From a virus (taxonomy: Duplodnaviria > Caudoviricetes), in the IMG/VR virus record IMGVR_UViG_3300032116_022045: 64,000 nt of DNA. One strand, 5' to 3'. Under the pieces are notes generated by a model. The model worked only from the letters and a program-made list of their open reading frames with translations, made no database searches and was not told where the DNA came from. The translations under genes and the position numbers were made by a program. This document shows, in pieces, positions 10,872-20,908 of this stretch (positions within the stretch are counted from its first letter, which is position 1; each line of letters opens with the position of its first letter).

Positions 10872-11126
10872 TTAATAAACACCACCAATTATATTAGTAC
10901 CTTGATATACATTTTGTTTTTCACCAAGTAAGAAACAACCAGTTCCACCACTAACAGAATTAATCCAAATACTTATATTTGAGGACATACCAACATTTAT
11001 TGTTTGACCATTTATGTTTATTGTACATCCACTATTACCACCATATACTTCACTATATGTATGTGCGGTTAAATTAGCATTTTGTGCTGGTACTATTATA
11101 CTATGTATATCATTTATTTTAGGCAT
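10872..11126 (-). CDS. Small hypothetical protein
   Basis: ORF track; late-type motif upstream at about 11143. Confidence 0.6.
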   Translation of the reverse strand: MPKINDIHSIIVPAQNANLTAHTYSEVYGGNSGCTININGQTINVGMSSNISIWINSVSGGTGCFLLGEKQNVYQGTNIIGGVY

Positions 11127-11164
11127 ATAGAAAATATTTTATAATAAATATATTGATATAAATA

Positions 11165-11192
11165 AAAAAGCACCAAATATTTGGTGCTTTTT
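11165..11192. terminator. Bidirectional intrinsic terminator downstream of thyX
   Basis: AAAAAGCACCAAA-TA-TTTGGTGCTTTTT perfect inverted repeat. Confidence 0.8.
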
Positions 11193-11221
11193 AAAATTTA
11201 ATTTTAATTATATCTTTTATT

Positions 11222-11869
11222 TTACAAATTAAATGCTTTGATTGTTAATTCAAAAGGTTTATTTTCTATGTTTTTAACTAAATCTAACATTTTTTGTGCT
11301 AATTCTCTAACTTCAAGTTGAGCATGTTCACTATTCCTTAATTTTTGGAAATGATAAAACGACCTCCAATTAAACATAACATCCATTGTTATTTGAGAAT
11401 TCATTGTTTTAAAAAATCTTGCACTTTCTTTAGCTCTTTTTCTCCCTAAAATTGGTGTCAATTCTTCTAAACATTTGTGATATAACTCATTACTTTCTTG
11501 AGTAAATTCTTCAAGTCTTTTTAACCAAGTATATGATGTTGTATTCATTTCAGTTTTCCAACCATCATCTTTTGGTAAATATAGGTTATCTTCTTTTAAT
11601 TCTTTATATCTGGCTGATTCACCATTAATACTAACACCAATTCTATGTTTTAATAGATGGATATGTGTTGCTTGGTCAACCGTAACCAAAAAATGTAATG
11701 ATGATTTTTCAAATGGTGTGTGATGACCTTCATTAGCCAACATACTTAATAATTTACCAACTCTATTTAACTTTTCTTCAGTTAAATCTCTTGATGTTGA
11801 TGTCCATGCTGATTGGGCGTGAATAACATCAGACCCATAATAACCTAATAATTCTACTTTATTCTCCAT
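11222..11869 (-). CDS. thyX: Flavin-dependent thymidylate synthase
   Basis: GHHTPFEKS, LKHRIGVSINGESARY (ThyX motif with K in place of the first R) and FQKLRNSEHAQLEVRELA. Confidence 0.92.
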   Translation of the reverse strand: MENKVELLGYYGSDVIHAQSAWTSTSRDLTEEKLNRVGKLLSMLANEGHHTPFEKSSLHFLVTVDQATHIHLLKHRIGVSINGESARYKELKEDNLYLPKDDGWKTEMNTTSYTWLKRLEEFTQESNELYHKCLEELTPILGRKRAKESARFFKTMNSQITMDVMFNWRSFYHFQKLRNSEHAQLEVRELAQKMLDLVKNIENKPFELTIKAFNL

Positions 11870-12554
11870 AATTTATTAATTTTCTATTGTTTTTAATCGT
11901 TTAAAAATATCTCAATAATTTTTTTCATTGCATTTCGGTTGTTTTTATGTAATAAATTATTTTTATACTATTTTTGTCGTAAAATCATTCTTGCGAGCGA
12001 TTCACCAATTACCCCCCAATTGCTTTTGAAAAATTCTTCGCCTTCTGGTGAGTTGTTCCAAAACATAAACCCATCTGTCTTTTCAATATCTTTCATTTTA
12101 TTAACAGAATTTTCAACAGTAATTTCATCAGTTCGAAATTCCAAAAAAACAGCTTTACCAAACTGAATAACTCCGTTATTATCTTTATATGTATATTGAA
12201 CCATACCCATTGGCAACTCCGAAAAAAATAAGTTCTTAAAATAAATCTCTCTTGTTGTCATAATATTTTTTCATTGCATTTTCTTAAGTTCTTCTTTAAT
12301 TCTTCGAATTTCGGTAATTACATCATCACCAAGTTCAATTTTAGACATCAGAATTAAGTCCATAATTTGTGATTCGTAAAGTGCAATTAGCTCTTGTTGT
12401 GATTGTATTACTTTTTCGTTATTCATGATTTTTTATTTTTTTATATTTAAGAATATTAACAAATATACTATTAATAATCGAATTAAACAAAAAAATGTTT
12501 TAGTTGCGTGATATTTTTATCCTAAAATATTGTGGTAATTAAATATACATCAAT

Positions 12555-14487
12555 TAGTTATAAAGATGTATTGCGTATATTCTGTTGTTATAGGTAATAA
12601 AACAAAAATTACGAGTTTTTTATTTCTTCAAACCCATAGTAATGTAAGAACATCAGTGTATGTTCGTCATCATCTAGCATCCTTTCTGTTATTGTTATTA
12701 TTTTACCGTTATGTTCGTTTTTCAAATTACCAATAAACTTCTGCCCTACTTGTAAATAATTAGGTGTAATTTTTGTTTTACTACCTATAACAAATAATTG
12801 GCGTAATGCCTTTAGTTTTTCAATCAAATATTTTCTCATAATATCAACTTTTGTTTTTCAAATTAACTTTTCGTTTGGCACTACGCCAATTATCAACCGT
12901 TATACACAATACTACATTAGTGTTTAAATTATAGTTCCGTGTAAAACTTTAAAATTAATTTTGTGAAATAAAATCTTGACACAATAGATAATCTTGGTTA
13001 TACTCAGATAAGTTATATTTAATATTAATATTATTTTCACAAAATCTTATAAAATTATGAATTATAGGTGTTCCTAATAACTGATTATGTTTTTTTGTGT
13101 AAAAAACAATTATAGGATATAAAACACCCTCAACATCATCGTAAAATTTTTGATTATATTTATTTAACACCAAAAAACAATTTAATAAATTTTTCCCTAA
13201 CACAAGATTATTAGTCAGTTCCAGTTGTTTTTCTGGGGTTAAATTGTCATTAATGAAACCTCTAGTTTTCCACAATTCAATATGTGTGTAATTCATAATT
13301 TTATATTTTAAAGTTAATATTTGTTTTTCAATTAAAGTTTCTACTTAATAAACCGTACTGTGTATAACAAGGTGTATATGTAATTCTTTTTACAAAGATA
13401 CGAATAAATTTTCAGATTTCCAAATAAAAAACTACATATACACCCAACCGTTAGCGGCAATTTAATACCGTATTTTATCATTAACTATACTAACAATCCA
13501 AAAGAACCCAACCAAGCTGAAAGCTGTAAACAGGTAACACATAAACATATTCATTTCGCTTTCAAACATTAAAACAAATCCAACTAATTGAAGGATAAAA
13601 ACTGCCGCTAACATCGCATATACGGCAATAGCGGCTACTGTGCTAATTTTAAACTTTTTCATTATATTTTAGTTTTTGTTGTTAATTAAACTTCTGTGTT
13701 TCAAATCCGCTACTGCGTATATGCCCAACCGTTATGAATAATAAATTTTAAACCCATTCAATCGGTATCAACTTATCACATTTACTATCTTTCACTTCTT
13801 TACAATCATTGTAGTATTCTACGGTAGGAACTACTTTAACAGAACCATCTTCAAATGTGATAATCACTGCTTTGTCCCAATTAGGATGTTTTTCTTTTTT
13901 TAAGATTTTCATATATTTATGTTTAAAATTTACATACTTATAACAAATGATAAACAACATTAAAACGATTGTTTATCATCGGACGTTATATGAAATGTTA
14001 TTTTTGTTCTGAGTTAATTAAAATTAAATACCCAATAAAATAACCCATTTTATCAGAAGATATGACATCATCAATTTTATTTTCCAATTCATTATCTTTC
14101 ATGTAAAATGTTTCAGTGTCCTTGAAATAAAATACAGATAATGATACATTACCATTCATATCCAATAAACATATTTCAAATATTTTACATGAAAGATTTT
14201 CACCCACTTCTTCATTCCCAATTCGTCCATATTTTATTTCATAATCATAGATAATCTTACCTTCTGATATTCTATTATTAATCACACCAGATAAAACACC
14301 ATTAGTATCTTCTGATAATGATTTTGAGTAATTAGTTAATAATTTACCAATATCAAATTTGGTATCCAAGTTTTTAATTTTAAATTTATTCATAATTTAT
14401 ATTTTTAATAGGTAAAACAAAAATAACACATTCATATAACAGATGATAAACAACATTAAAACGATTGTTTATCATCGGACGTTATTC
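12555..14487 (+). mobile_element. Integron-type attC cassette array, part 1 (about 5 cassettes)
   Basis: attC-like hairpins at 12785-12905, 13362-13456, 13606-13737, 13938-13991 and 14434-14487, plus a half site at about 12555-12593; the ends of most cassettes are 10-bp reverse complements. Confidence 0.8.
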
Positions 14488-14508
14488 ATAACTTTCTATT
14501 TTTTATAT

Positions 14509-14940
14509 TTAAGAATATAATAATACACAATATGTTACGTTTAAGTATAATTTAATAATAAGTGGTTCTGTAGTCCCCCAATCCAAAACACCAAAATCAA
14601 CTTTATTGATTGTACCTTTAATTAACCATTCTTCAACTTTATCACCGATAGGAGATAATATAGAAAGATTAACTTCTATTGTTTGGTCATCTAATTTTCT
14701 TAATTCTCTTAGTCCCGTCATCAATGATTGACTCGTTGATGGTACAATTGGGTCGTACATTGAGAAAACCATTTCATCCCATTTATGTCCGCCATTTGTT
14801 ATAATAAAGGTTGGTCTAGTTGTACTTTTTACAACAAATTTTGGAATATTAAATGGTGGTTTAAATTCAACCATAAATCTACTTACAGATTTAGGTTCAA
14901 ATGGCACAAATACTTCTTGATTGGTCTCGTCTTTACTCAT
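14509..14940 (-). CDS. Tail tube (T4 gp19-like) related protein, short orphan copy
   Basis: FEPKSVSRF...WDEMVFSMYDPIVPSTSQ...VEEWLIKG...DFGVLDW, recalled as the gp19-like tube signature. Confidence 0.6.
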   Translation of the reverse strand: MSKDETNQEVFVPFEPKSVSRFMVEFKPPFNIPKFVVKSTTRPTFIITNGGHKWDEMVFSMYDPIVPSTSQSLMTGLRELRKLDDQTIEVNLSILSPIGDKVEEWLIKGTINKVDFGVLDWGTTEPLIIKLYLNVTYCVLLYS

Positions 14941-15200
14941 AACTTTCTATTGTTTTGTAACTATCAAAACATAAATGTACTGTATCTTCATTTATACTTA
15001 ATATCGGGTAACAATGATGTAAAATACCTGATTCACATATTGTTTTGTATTCAATATTTTCTATGTAACTTTCCTTTGATACACCAGACTTACTACGTTT
15101 TTGCCATTTATAAAAGAAGATTACATCTTGTTCTTCGAATAGTCGTATAATAAATTTCATTTCATCATTATATCTTCCTTCAAACCATTTTTCATTAATT

Positions 15201-15782
15201 TTAACTTTCATAAACTTCTATTTTTTCGTTGTTGTATGTTATTGTAATTAGTCGGGTTGGCACATTCCATTCATTATTCATTCGGTATTCAATATCCGAT
15301 GGTAATAAGATTTCACTATCATCAGTATCATTTAATTTTTCTCTACATAAATTCATTCTTTCCTTCAAACTCAACTCTCTTTCCTCAATCTTTAATCCCC
15401 ATTTTTTTGAGAACTCTGAATCGGTTTTGCATTTGTTGATGAACTCTTCTTGTGAATACGGTTTCCATCTACTTTCAATTTCAGGATTCTTCTTAATCCA
15501 ATAATTATCTACTTCATCGTTATGTTTTAGATAGTTCTTATACGCTTCGTCAATAGTCATATCGGCTAACAAAGATTTTATTTTTCTAGCGCACTCAGTT
15601 ACTCTACCATCTACATCAAGTACGGTTGAAGATTCTAACGACCAAAGAAAATCATGTACCGTGGCATATGTTATCTCTCTTTTAATTTGTTTTAACCCAT
15701 CATATAAATGCTCTGCTGGGTCGATATAACTAGATGTACCTAATATAGTAATTACTTCTTTAATTATTTCTTCTTTACTCAT
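15201..15782 (-). CDS. Paralog family member 1 (WGLKIEERELS...RLITITYNNEKIE domain)
   Basis: Shares its C-terminal domain with 15775-16173 and 16437-16808. Confidence 0.75.
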   Translation of the reverse strand: MSKEEIIKEVITILGTSSYIDPAEHLYDGLKQIKREITYATVHDFLWSLESSTVLDVDGRVTECARKIKSLLADMTIDEAYKNYLKHNDEVDNYWIKKNPEIESRWKPYSQEEFINKCKTDSEFSKKWGLKIEERELSLKERMNLCREKLNDTDDSEILLPSDIEYRMNNEWNVPTRLITITYNNEKIEVYES

Positions 15783-16173
15783 AAATTTCTATCGTTTCAT
15801 TATTGTATGTTATTGTGATTAGTCGGGTAGGGGTCGGCTCGTAATAATCATTTTCAAAATCAGGAAGATTATTTTCATTGTATTCCATACCAGTTTCAAA
15901 ATTATTCTTAAACCAAATCTTATATCTTTCTTCCGAACTCAACTCTCTTTCCTCAATCCGCAATCCCCATATTTGAGAGAACTCTGGGTCGGCTTTGCAC
16001 TTTGATAAAAAACCATTTTTATTGTATTGTCTTGCACCTATAGACTTCTCACCAGTTTTCATGTCCATCACTGGAACAGGTTCGAGAAATTTAGGATTGC
16101 TATCAAACATGGTTTGTTGAAGATACTTACGCCAAGACTCATCAATCATCTGATTCATTTTTTCGTTACTCAT
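15775..16173 (-). CDS. Paralog family member 2
   Basis: MSNEKMNQMIDE...WGLRIEERELS...RLITITYNNETIEIYE. Confidence 0.75.
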   Translation of the reverse strand: MSNEKMNQMIDESWRKYLQQTMFDSNPKFLEPVPVMDMKTGEKSIGARQYNKNGFLSKCKADPEFSQIWGLRIEERELSSEERYKIWFKNNFETGMEYNENNLPDFENDYYEPTPTRLITITYNNETIEIYE

Positions 16174-16436
16174 AACTTTCTATTTTTTGATTTTCCCATT
16201 CAGTACCACTATAACCGATTGTTTCCATTTTATCAGTATCTACAAAAACACCCCAACCCCATTCAGATTGATAAAAAACCTCATTATCTTTGAGTTTTTC
16301 GGTCATTAACCAATTTTCATCTAAATCTTCAATTAAACACGTACCATTTTTTGGTACATATTTTATTTCTCGTTTATTAGTTAAAATAAATTTAACTTCC
16401 TCCCCATAACCTTTTAACTTTATTGTATCTGGTAAG

Positions 16437-16808
16437 TTACTCATAACTTTCTATTTTTTCGTTGTTGTACGTTATTGTGATTAGTTTTGCTGGGATGTTA
16501 GATGCATCGAGAACTGATTTTTCTTCTATAATTAACTTATGGTTTCTATCATAAAAATCTCTCTTATTATCACTTTGACTAACCAGAATTTTTGTTCTTT
16601 CTTCTAAACTCAACTCTCGTTCCTCAATCTTTAATCCCCACTTTTCAGAGAACTCAGGGTCTGTTTTAGACCTATAAATGAATGTTCCTTTAGTTTCTTT
16701 TGCCATCCATAAAAGACCTGTACCTTCTAAATGTTTACCCATTTCATATGATTTTTCATAATTCTCATACGCCTCATCAATAATCTGATTCATTTTTTTG
16801 TTATTCAT
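16437..16808 (-). CDS. Paralog family member 3
   Basis: MNNKKMNQIIDE...WGLKIEERELS...KLITITYNNEKIESYE. Confidence 0.75.
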   Translation of the reverse strand: MNNKKMNQIIDEAYENYEKSYEMGKHLEGTGLLWMAKETKGTFIYRSKTDPEFSEKWGLKIEERELSLEERTKILVSQSDNKRDFYDRNHKLIIEEKSVLDASNIPAKLITITYNNEKIESYE

Positions 16809-18282
16809 ATGTAATTTTAGTTACTTGAAATACTTGTTCTAAACCATCGTCTTCACATATATATCCGTTGTACTCGCCTGCATCCCAAACGTTAAATTTA
16901 AAATATAACCCATCTGATTTTCTTTGTACAATGTAATCCCATGAAGGGCCATCTGAATATTCTGAAGTGTTTATCTTGGTTATGTGAGTGTAAGTGTCTC
17001 CATCAATCTCATAACTACTGCCTTGAAAGTAAATACCATCCCACAACTCTAGTTGTTGCTCGGAGTTCATTTCAATTAAAATTCTATCTTTTTTATTCAT
17101 CTTTTTTATTAAATAATTCTTTAAAATTAACTGTTTCTTCTAAAATAATAATATCAATATTCATTTCTTCTTTAGCTTTTTCAATCATGTTGTTTAATAT
17201 TCCTCTAGTCCAAAGGCTACACCCATAACTGTTCTTATGGCATTTATAAACAGAATTAGAATACCCTTTAAAATAATAGAAATCTTCATCGTCTTCAACA
17301 GATACGATTCCACTATTCATTCTCCATACATCTGAAGAAATGTAACCACCATACCAAGTGGCAAAAACTTTATATAAATCTTCGGATATTTTTAATACCA
17401 CCCATTTATCAGGACTATGCATAATTTATTTTTGTAAGGAAATTGAGACTTTGTACTTCAAACGAGAAGAGTTTATATCTGTTTCAATTAACCCAAACAC
17501 GATACTTAAATCTTCTGGATTAATCATTGTTGGGGTAACCATAAATTCTTCTCCTATGTTATCAAGAGAATTTTTAATATTTTCCACTATTGATATTGGT
17601 ATCAATGTTTCAATTTCCATTTCTTCAAAGGTTTCTGGGTTAATGTGTTTTGATTTGTAATTTTTCATATTTGTATAAATTTATTTTTGTTTTGAATATA
17701 TTTCATATGTTTTATTAACAGCATCTTGAACACTTTCCATCCAAGTTTTCAATATTGGCCTAAAATTGAAAATGGACATTTCTGCGTCCCAAATAACTTT
17801 GGGGATTTCGATTTTAATAATTTTTCGGTTTTTCATAATTATTTTATTAGTTTTTGCATAATTCAGTTATTTTATTTTCATTTTCCATAGTATTTAAGTT
17901 TTGTGTTTCAATTTAAAGTAAACGGAATAACCCATCTTTCACAATCTTGTGTCAATCTATTGATGTGTTTATAATTATTCATTTAGTTATAAAGATGTAT
18001 TGCGTATAGCCTGTTGTTATAAAACATTTTTCGATACACCAAGTTCCTTTGATTTTACCAAAAATTCATTTTCATCTTCCAAAGAAATAGTTGAAAATAA
18101 ATGATGTTCCACCAAATATAATGGTGCGTTTGATGTAACTAAATCATTTAATTTAGCTTTATCCCAGAATTTTTCAACTCTTTCTTCTTGTGCTTTTGTT
18201 AATTTTTCCATATAAAACGTTTTATAACAAGGTATATGTGAAATACCTCATAAGGTTTCTACTAATTTTTAAGTTTTGTGTT

Positions 18283-18690
18283 TCAATTTAAAGTAAACGG
18301 AATAACCCATCTTTCACAATCTTGTGGCAATCTATTGATGTGTTTATAATTATTAATATACCCCATCATATTAGCTGAACCAATAGCGTTGGCAGAATGA
18401 ACCATAACCCTTGTTACTGGAGACCCATCCATCCATTTTTCAACTAACCATTTTGTGCAGTCCATACCAGTTTTTTCGGTTATGTTATTGTAATCAATGG
18501 TGTAGTTATTAACCACATTATTATGCCACTCAATCATAGCAGAATCACCTAAATCATGGTCCAAAGATATTAATTCTATATTTTCAAGACCTATTTCAGT
18601 TATTTTTGAAACAAATTCATCGTAGTTTCTAACCACAATCCAATCAGAACCCAATGGAGTTCTAACATCATCTAAATATATTTTTGTCAT
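18283..18690 (-). CDS. Receiver-like domain protein (cyclic-phosphate-processing receiver family)
   Basis: IYLDDVRTP...ISLDHDLG...VMVHSANAIG motif pattern. Confidence 0.65.
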   Translation of the reverse strand: MTKIYLDDVRTPLGSDWIVVRNYDEFVSKITEIGLENIELISLDHDLGDSAMIEWHNNVVNNYTIDYNNITEKTGMDCTKWLVEKWMDGSPVTRVMVHSANAIGSANMMGYINNYKHINRLPQDCERWVIPFTLN

Positions 18691-18983
18691 TTTGTTTTTA
18701 ATGTTTCAATTTCTACTAATAATTCTTTAACATCAAATTTATCCATTTTTTGAAAGTTTTTATATTTTGTTTTAATTGTTGAATTAAAAACAGAACCATT
18801 ACTTTCAGCCAATTCAAAACTATTGTAATCAATAGAATCAACATTATGATATTTGTATTGACCACCATTTTTAAAAATTATTGTTAAATCAAAATTATTT
18901 CTGTCGTACACTGATGCACAAATGTTTGATGAATCATAAATAGCTTTTATAATTCCCTTTTGTTCTTCTTTTTTTAATACCAT
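18687..18983 (-). CDS. KTSC domain protein
   Basis: DSSNICASVYD...LTIIFKNGGQYKYHNV...AESNGSVFN pattern. Confidence 0.7.
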   Translation of the reverse strand: MVLKKEEQKGIIKAIYDSSNICASVYDRNNFDLTIIFKNGGQYKYHNVDSIDYNSFELAESNGSVFNSTIKTKYKNFQKMDKFDVKELLVEIETLKTK

Positions 18984-20908
18984 TTTTATTTATTTATTAC
19001 AAATATACTAATAATATTTTATTTACACAAAAAAATATTTAAATAATAGTTGCGTAATATTTTTATCATAAAACCGTGATATAATTACCTATATATCATT
19101 TAGTTATAAAGATGTATTGCGTATAGCCTGTTGTTATAAACAATAAAAAACCTTAAAGTGGTGGTTCTAAATTATCTTTTATCTTATCATAAGAATCTTT
19201 AATCGCATCTGAAAGTATTTGTTCAATAGGTTTTTTACTATTTATAACAACGGATATATGAAATAAAAAATTAATAGATTCTACAAACTTTCTAATTTCT
19301 TCCTCCGATTTACATTCTCGTTGAACAACACAAAATTCACCTCTTACCACTTTACAAGTTTGGGTTTCTATGTTGTAATAAAGTATTGGTAATCTACAAG
19401 AGTTTCCACATATTTCAGTATCTTCTTCACCTAAAACCCAAACTTGTTTTCCAGAGAATACATCAACTATCTCTTTGAATCCTAAATCTGTTAAATTTTG
19501 TGTTGTTATCATCGTTCTAATTATTAATTTTTTACATTCATATATCCGCAACCGTTATAAAACATAAAATTATAATAACATCAGTAAACAAATTAATGTA
19601 CATACCGTTATTATCATAAGTGCGATTTTTTCAGTCTTATCTATTTTCATAATTTTACGATTTTATAACAAGGTATATGTGAAATACCTCATAAGGTTTC
19701 TACTAATTATTTAAGTTTCGCGGTTAGGTACTTCACATATACCCAACCGTTAGTGGCAATTTTGACGATGTATCTCATCACCGATAGCTTGTAATCTTTT
19801 GACATCTTCTGCATCCCATAAGTAAATTCGGCAGTTAGTTTCTTTTCCATCTTTAATAATTGGTGCAAATCTATCTTTACCCATATCACCGATAGAAAAA
19901 CTGCCACTAACATCGGTTTTGCAAAAAAGCCGTTTTAGTGCTAATTTTAATCTTTTCATTTCTATTGAACTTTTGTTGTTAATTGAACATTTGTTTTTCA
20001 AAATCGGCTTCTTCGCAAAGCCGTAAACGTTAGTGGCAATTTTGCTCACCACGCTTATAAACCATCTCTTTGTTTTCGTCAAAATGTAAGTCATATTCTT
20101 TACAAAAAGACCTAACCATTTTTCTAAATTCGTGATATTCCCAAGTTGTTAAGTCGTGCTTATCAAACAACAACCTCATTTTATACAATAATCCATTAGG
20201 TCTTCTTGTAAATTCATCTTGATAAAAACTGCCACTAACAGCACCTAAATCGCTATTGGCGGTTTCTTCTGTATTCAAATTTTCGTGTTCCATATTATGT
20301 TTATTTAAAATTGATAATTTAGTGTTCCAAATCGCCAACAGCGTTTAGCTGCGGCACGTTATAAGTAATTTTTAGTTACTCCTTATCATATTATCTTCTT
20401 CAAGAAAAAACATTTCCAATGCCGTGTCATATCCTTTACCCTCTTCCACTATCATAATATACTTACCTTCGCCATAAGCTACAGTAGCATTTTTATCAAC
20501 AATGAATTTAATCTTCTTACCTTCATACTTATTATGATAATGTAAGAAAAAACTACTTATAACATCAGATATACCCAATTCGGGGTTATGTGTTTCATTT
20601 GAGTTTTGTTCTTTATCAACCATTTTATTTATTATTTCTTCTTCTCGTTTATTTTACGTTTTTATTTTTTTTATTTTTGGTATGTCGTGAAATATGGTTT
20701 CTTTTCGTATATTATCGGTTATTATCAATGAATTATAATGTAAACTTATATGAACATTATTATATGTAACTGACCTACATTCAAAATCAACTGTTATAGT
20801 TTCATATGACTTGTTAAAAATAGTTTTATCTTCCATATAACAAAAATACTACTATTTATTATAAAAAACAATTGTTAAGATAAAAAAAAATATTGTATAT
20901 TTGTAACT

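Larger units (their letters stand above)
17980..20590 (+). mobile_element. Integron-type attC cassette array, part 2 (about 6 cassettes, several half sites)
   Basis: attC-like sites at 19241-19560, 19662-19758, 19903-20038 and 20230-20367; half sites at 17980-18022, 18222-18270, 19100-19139 and 20554-20585; matched core boxes. Confidence 0.8.

Noticed and set aside
11222-11869. Inactive ThyX because the motif reads KHR instead of RHR
   Set aside because: The substitution is conservative and the other motifs are intact, so there is no basis for calling it a pseudogene.
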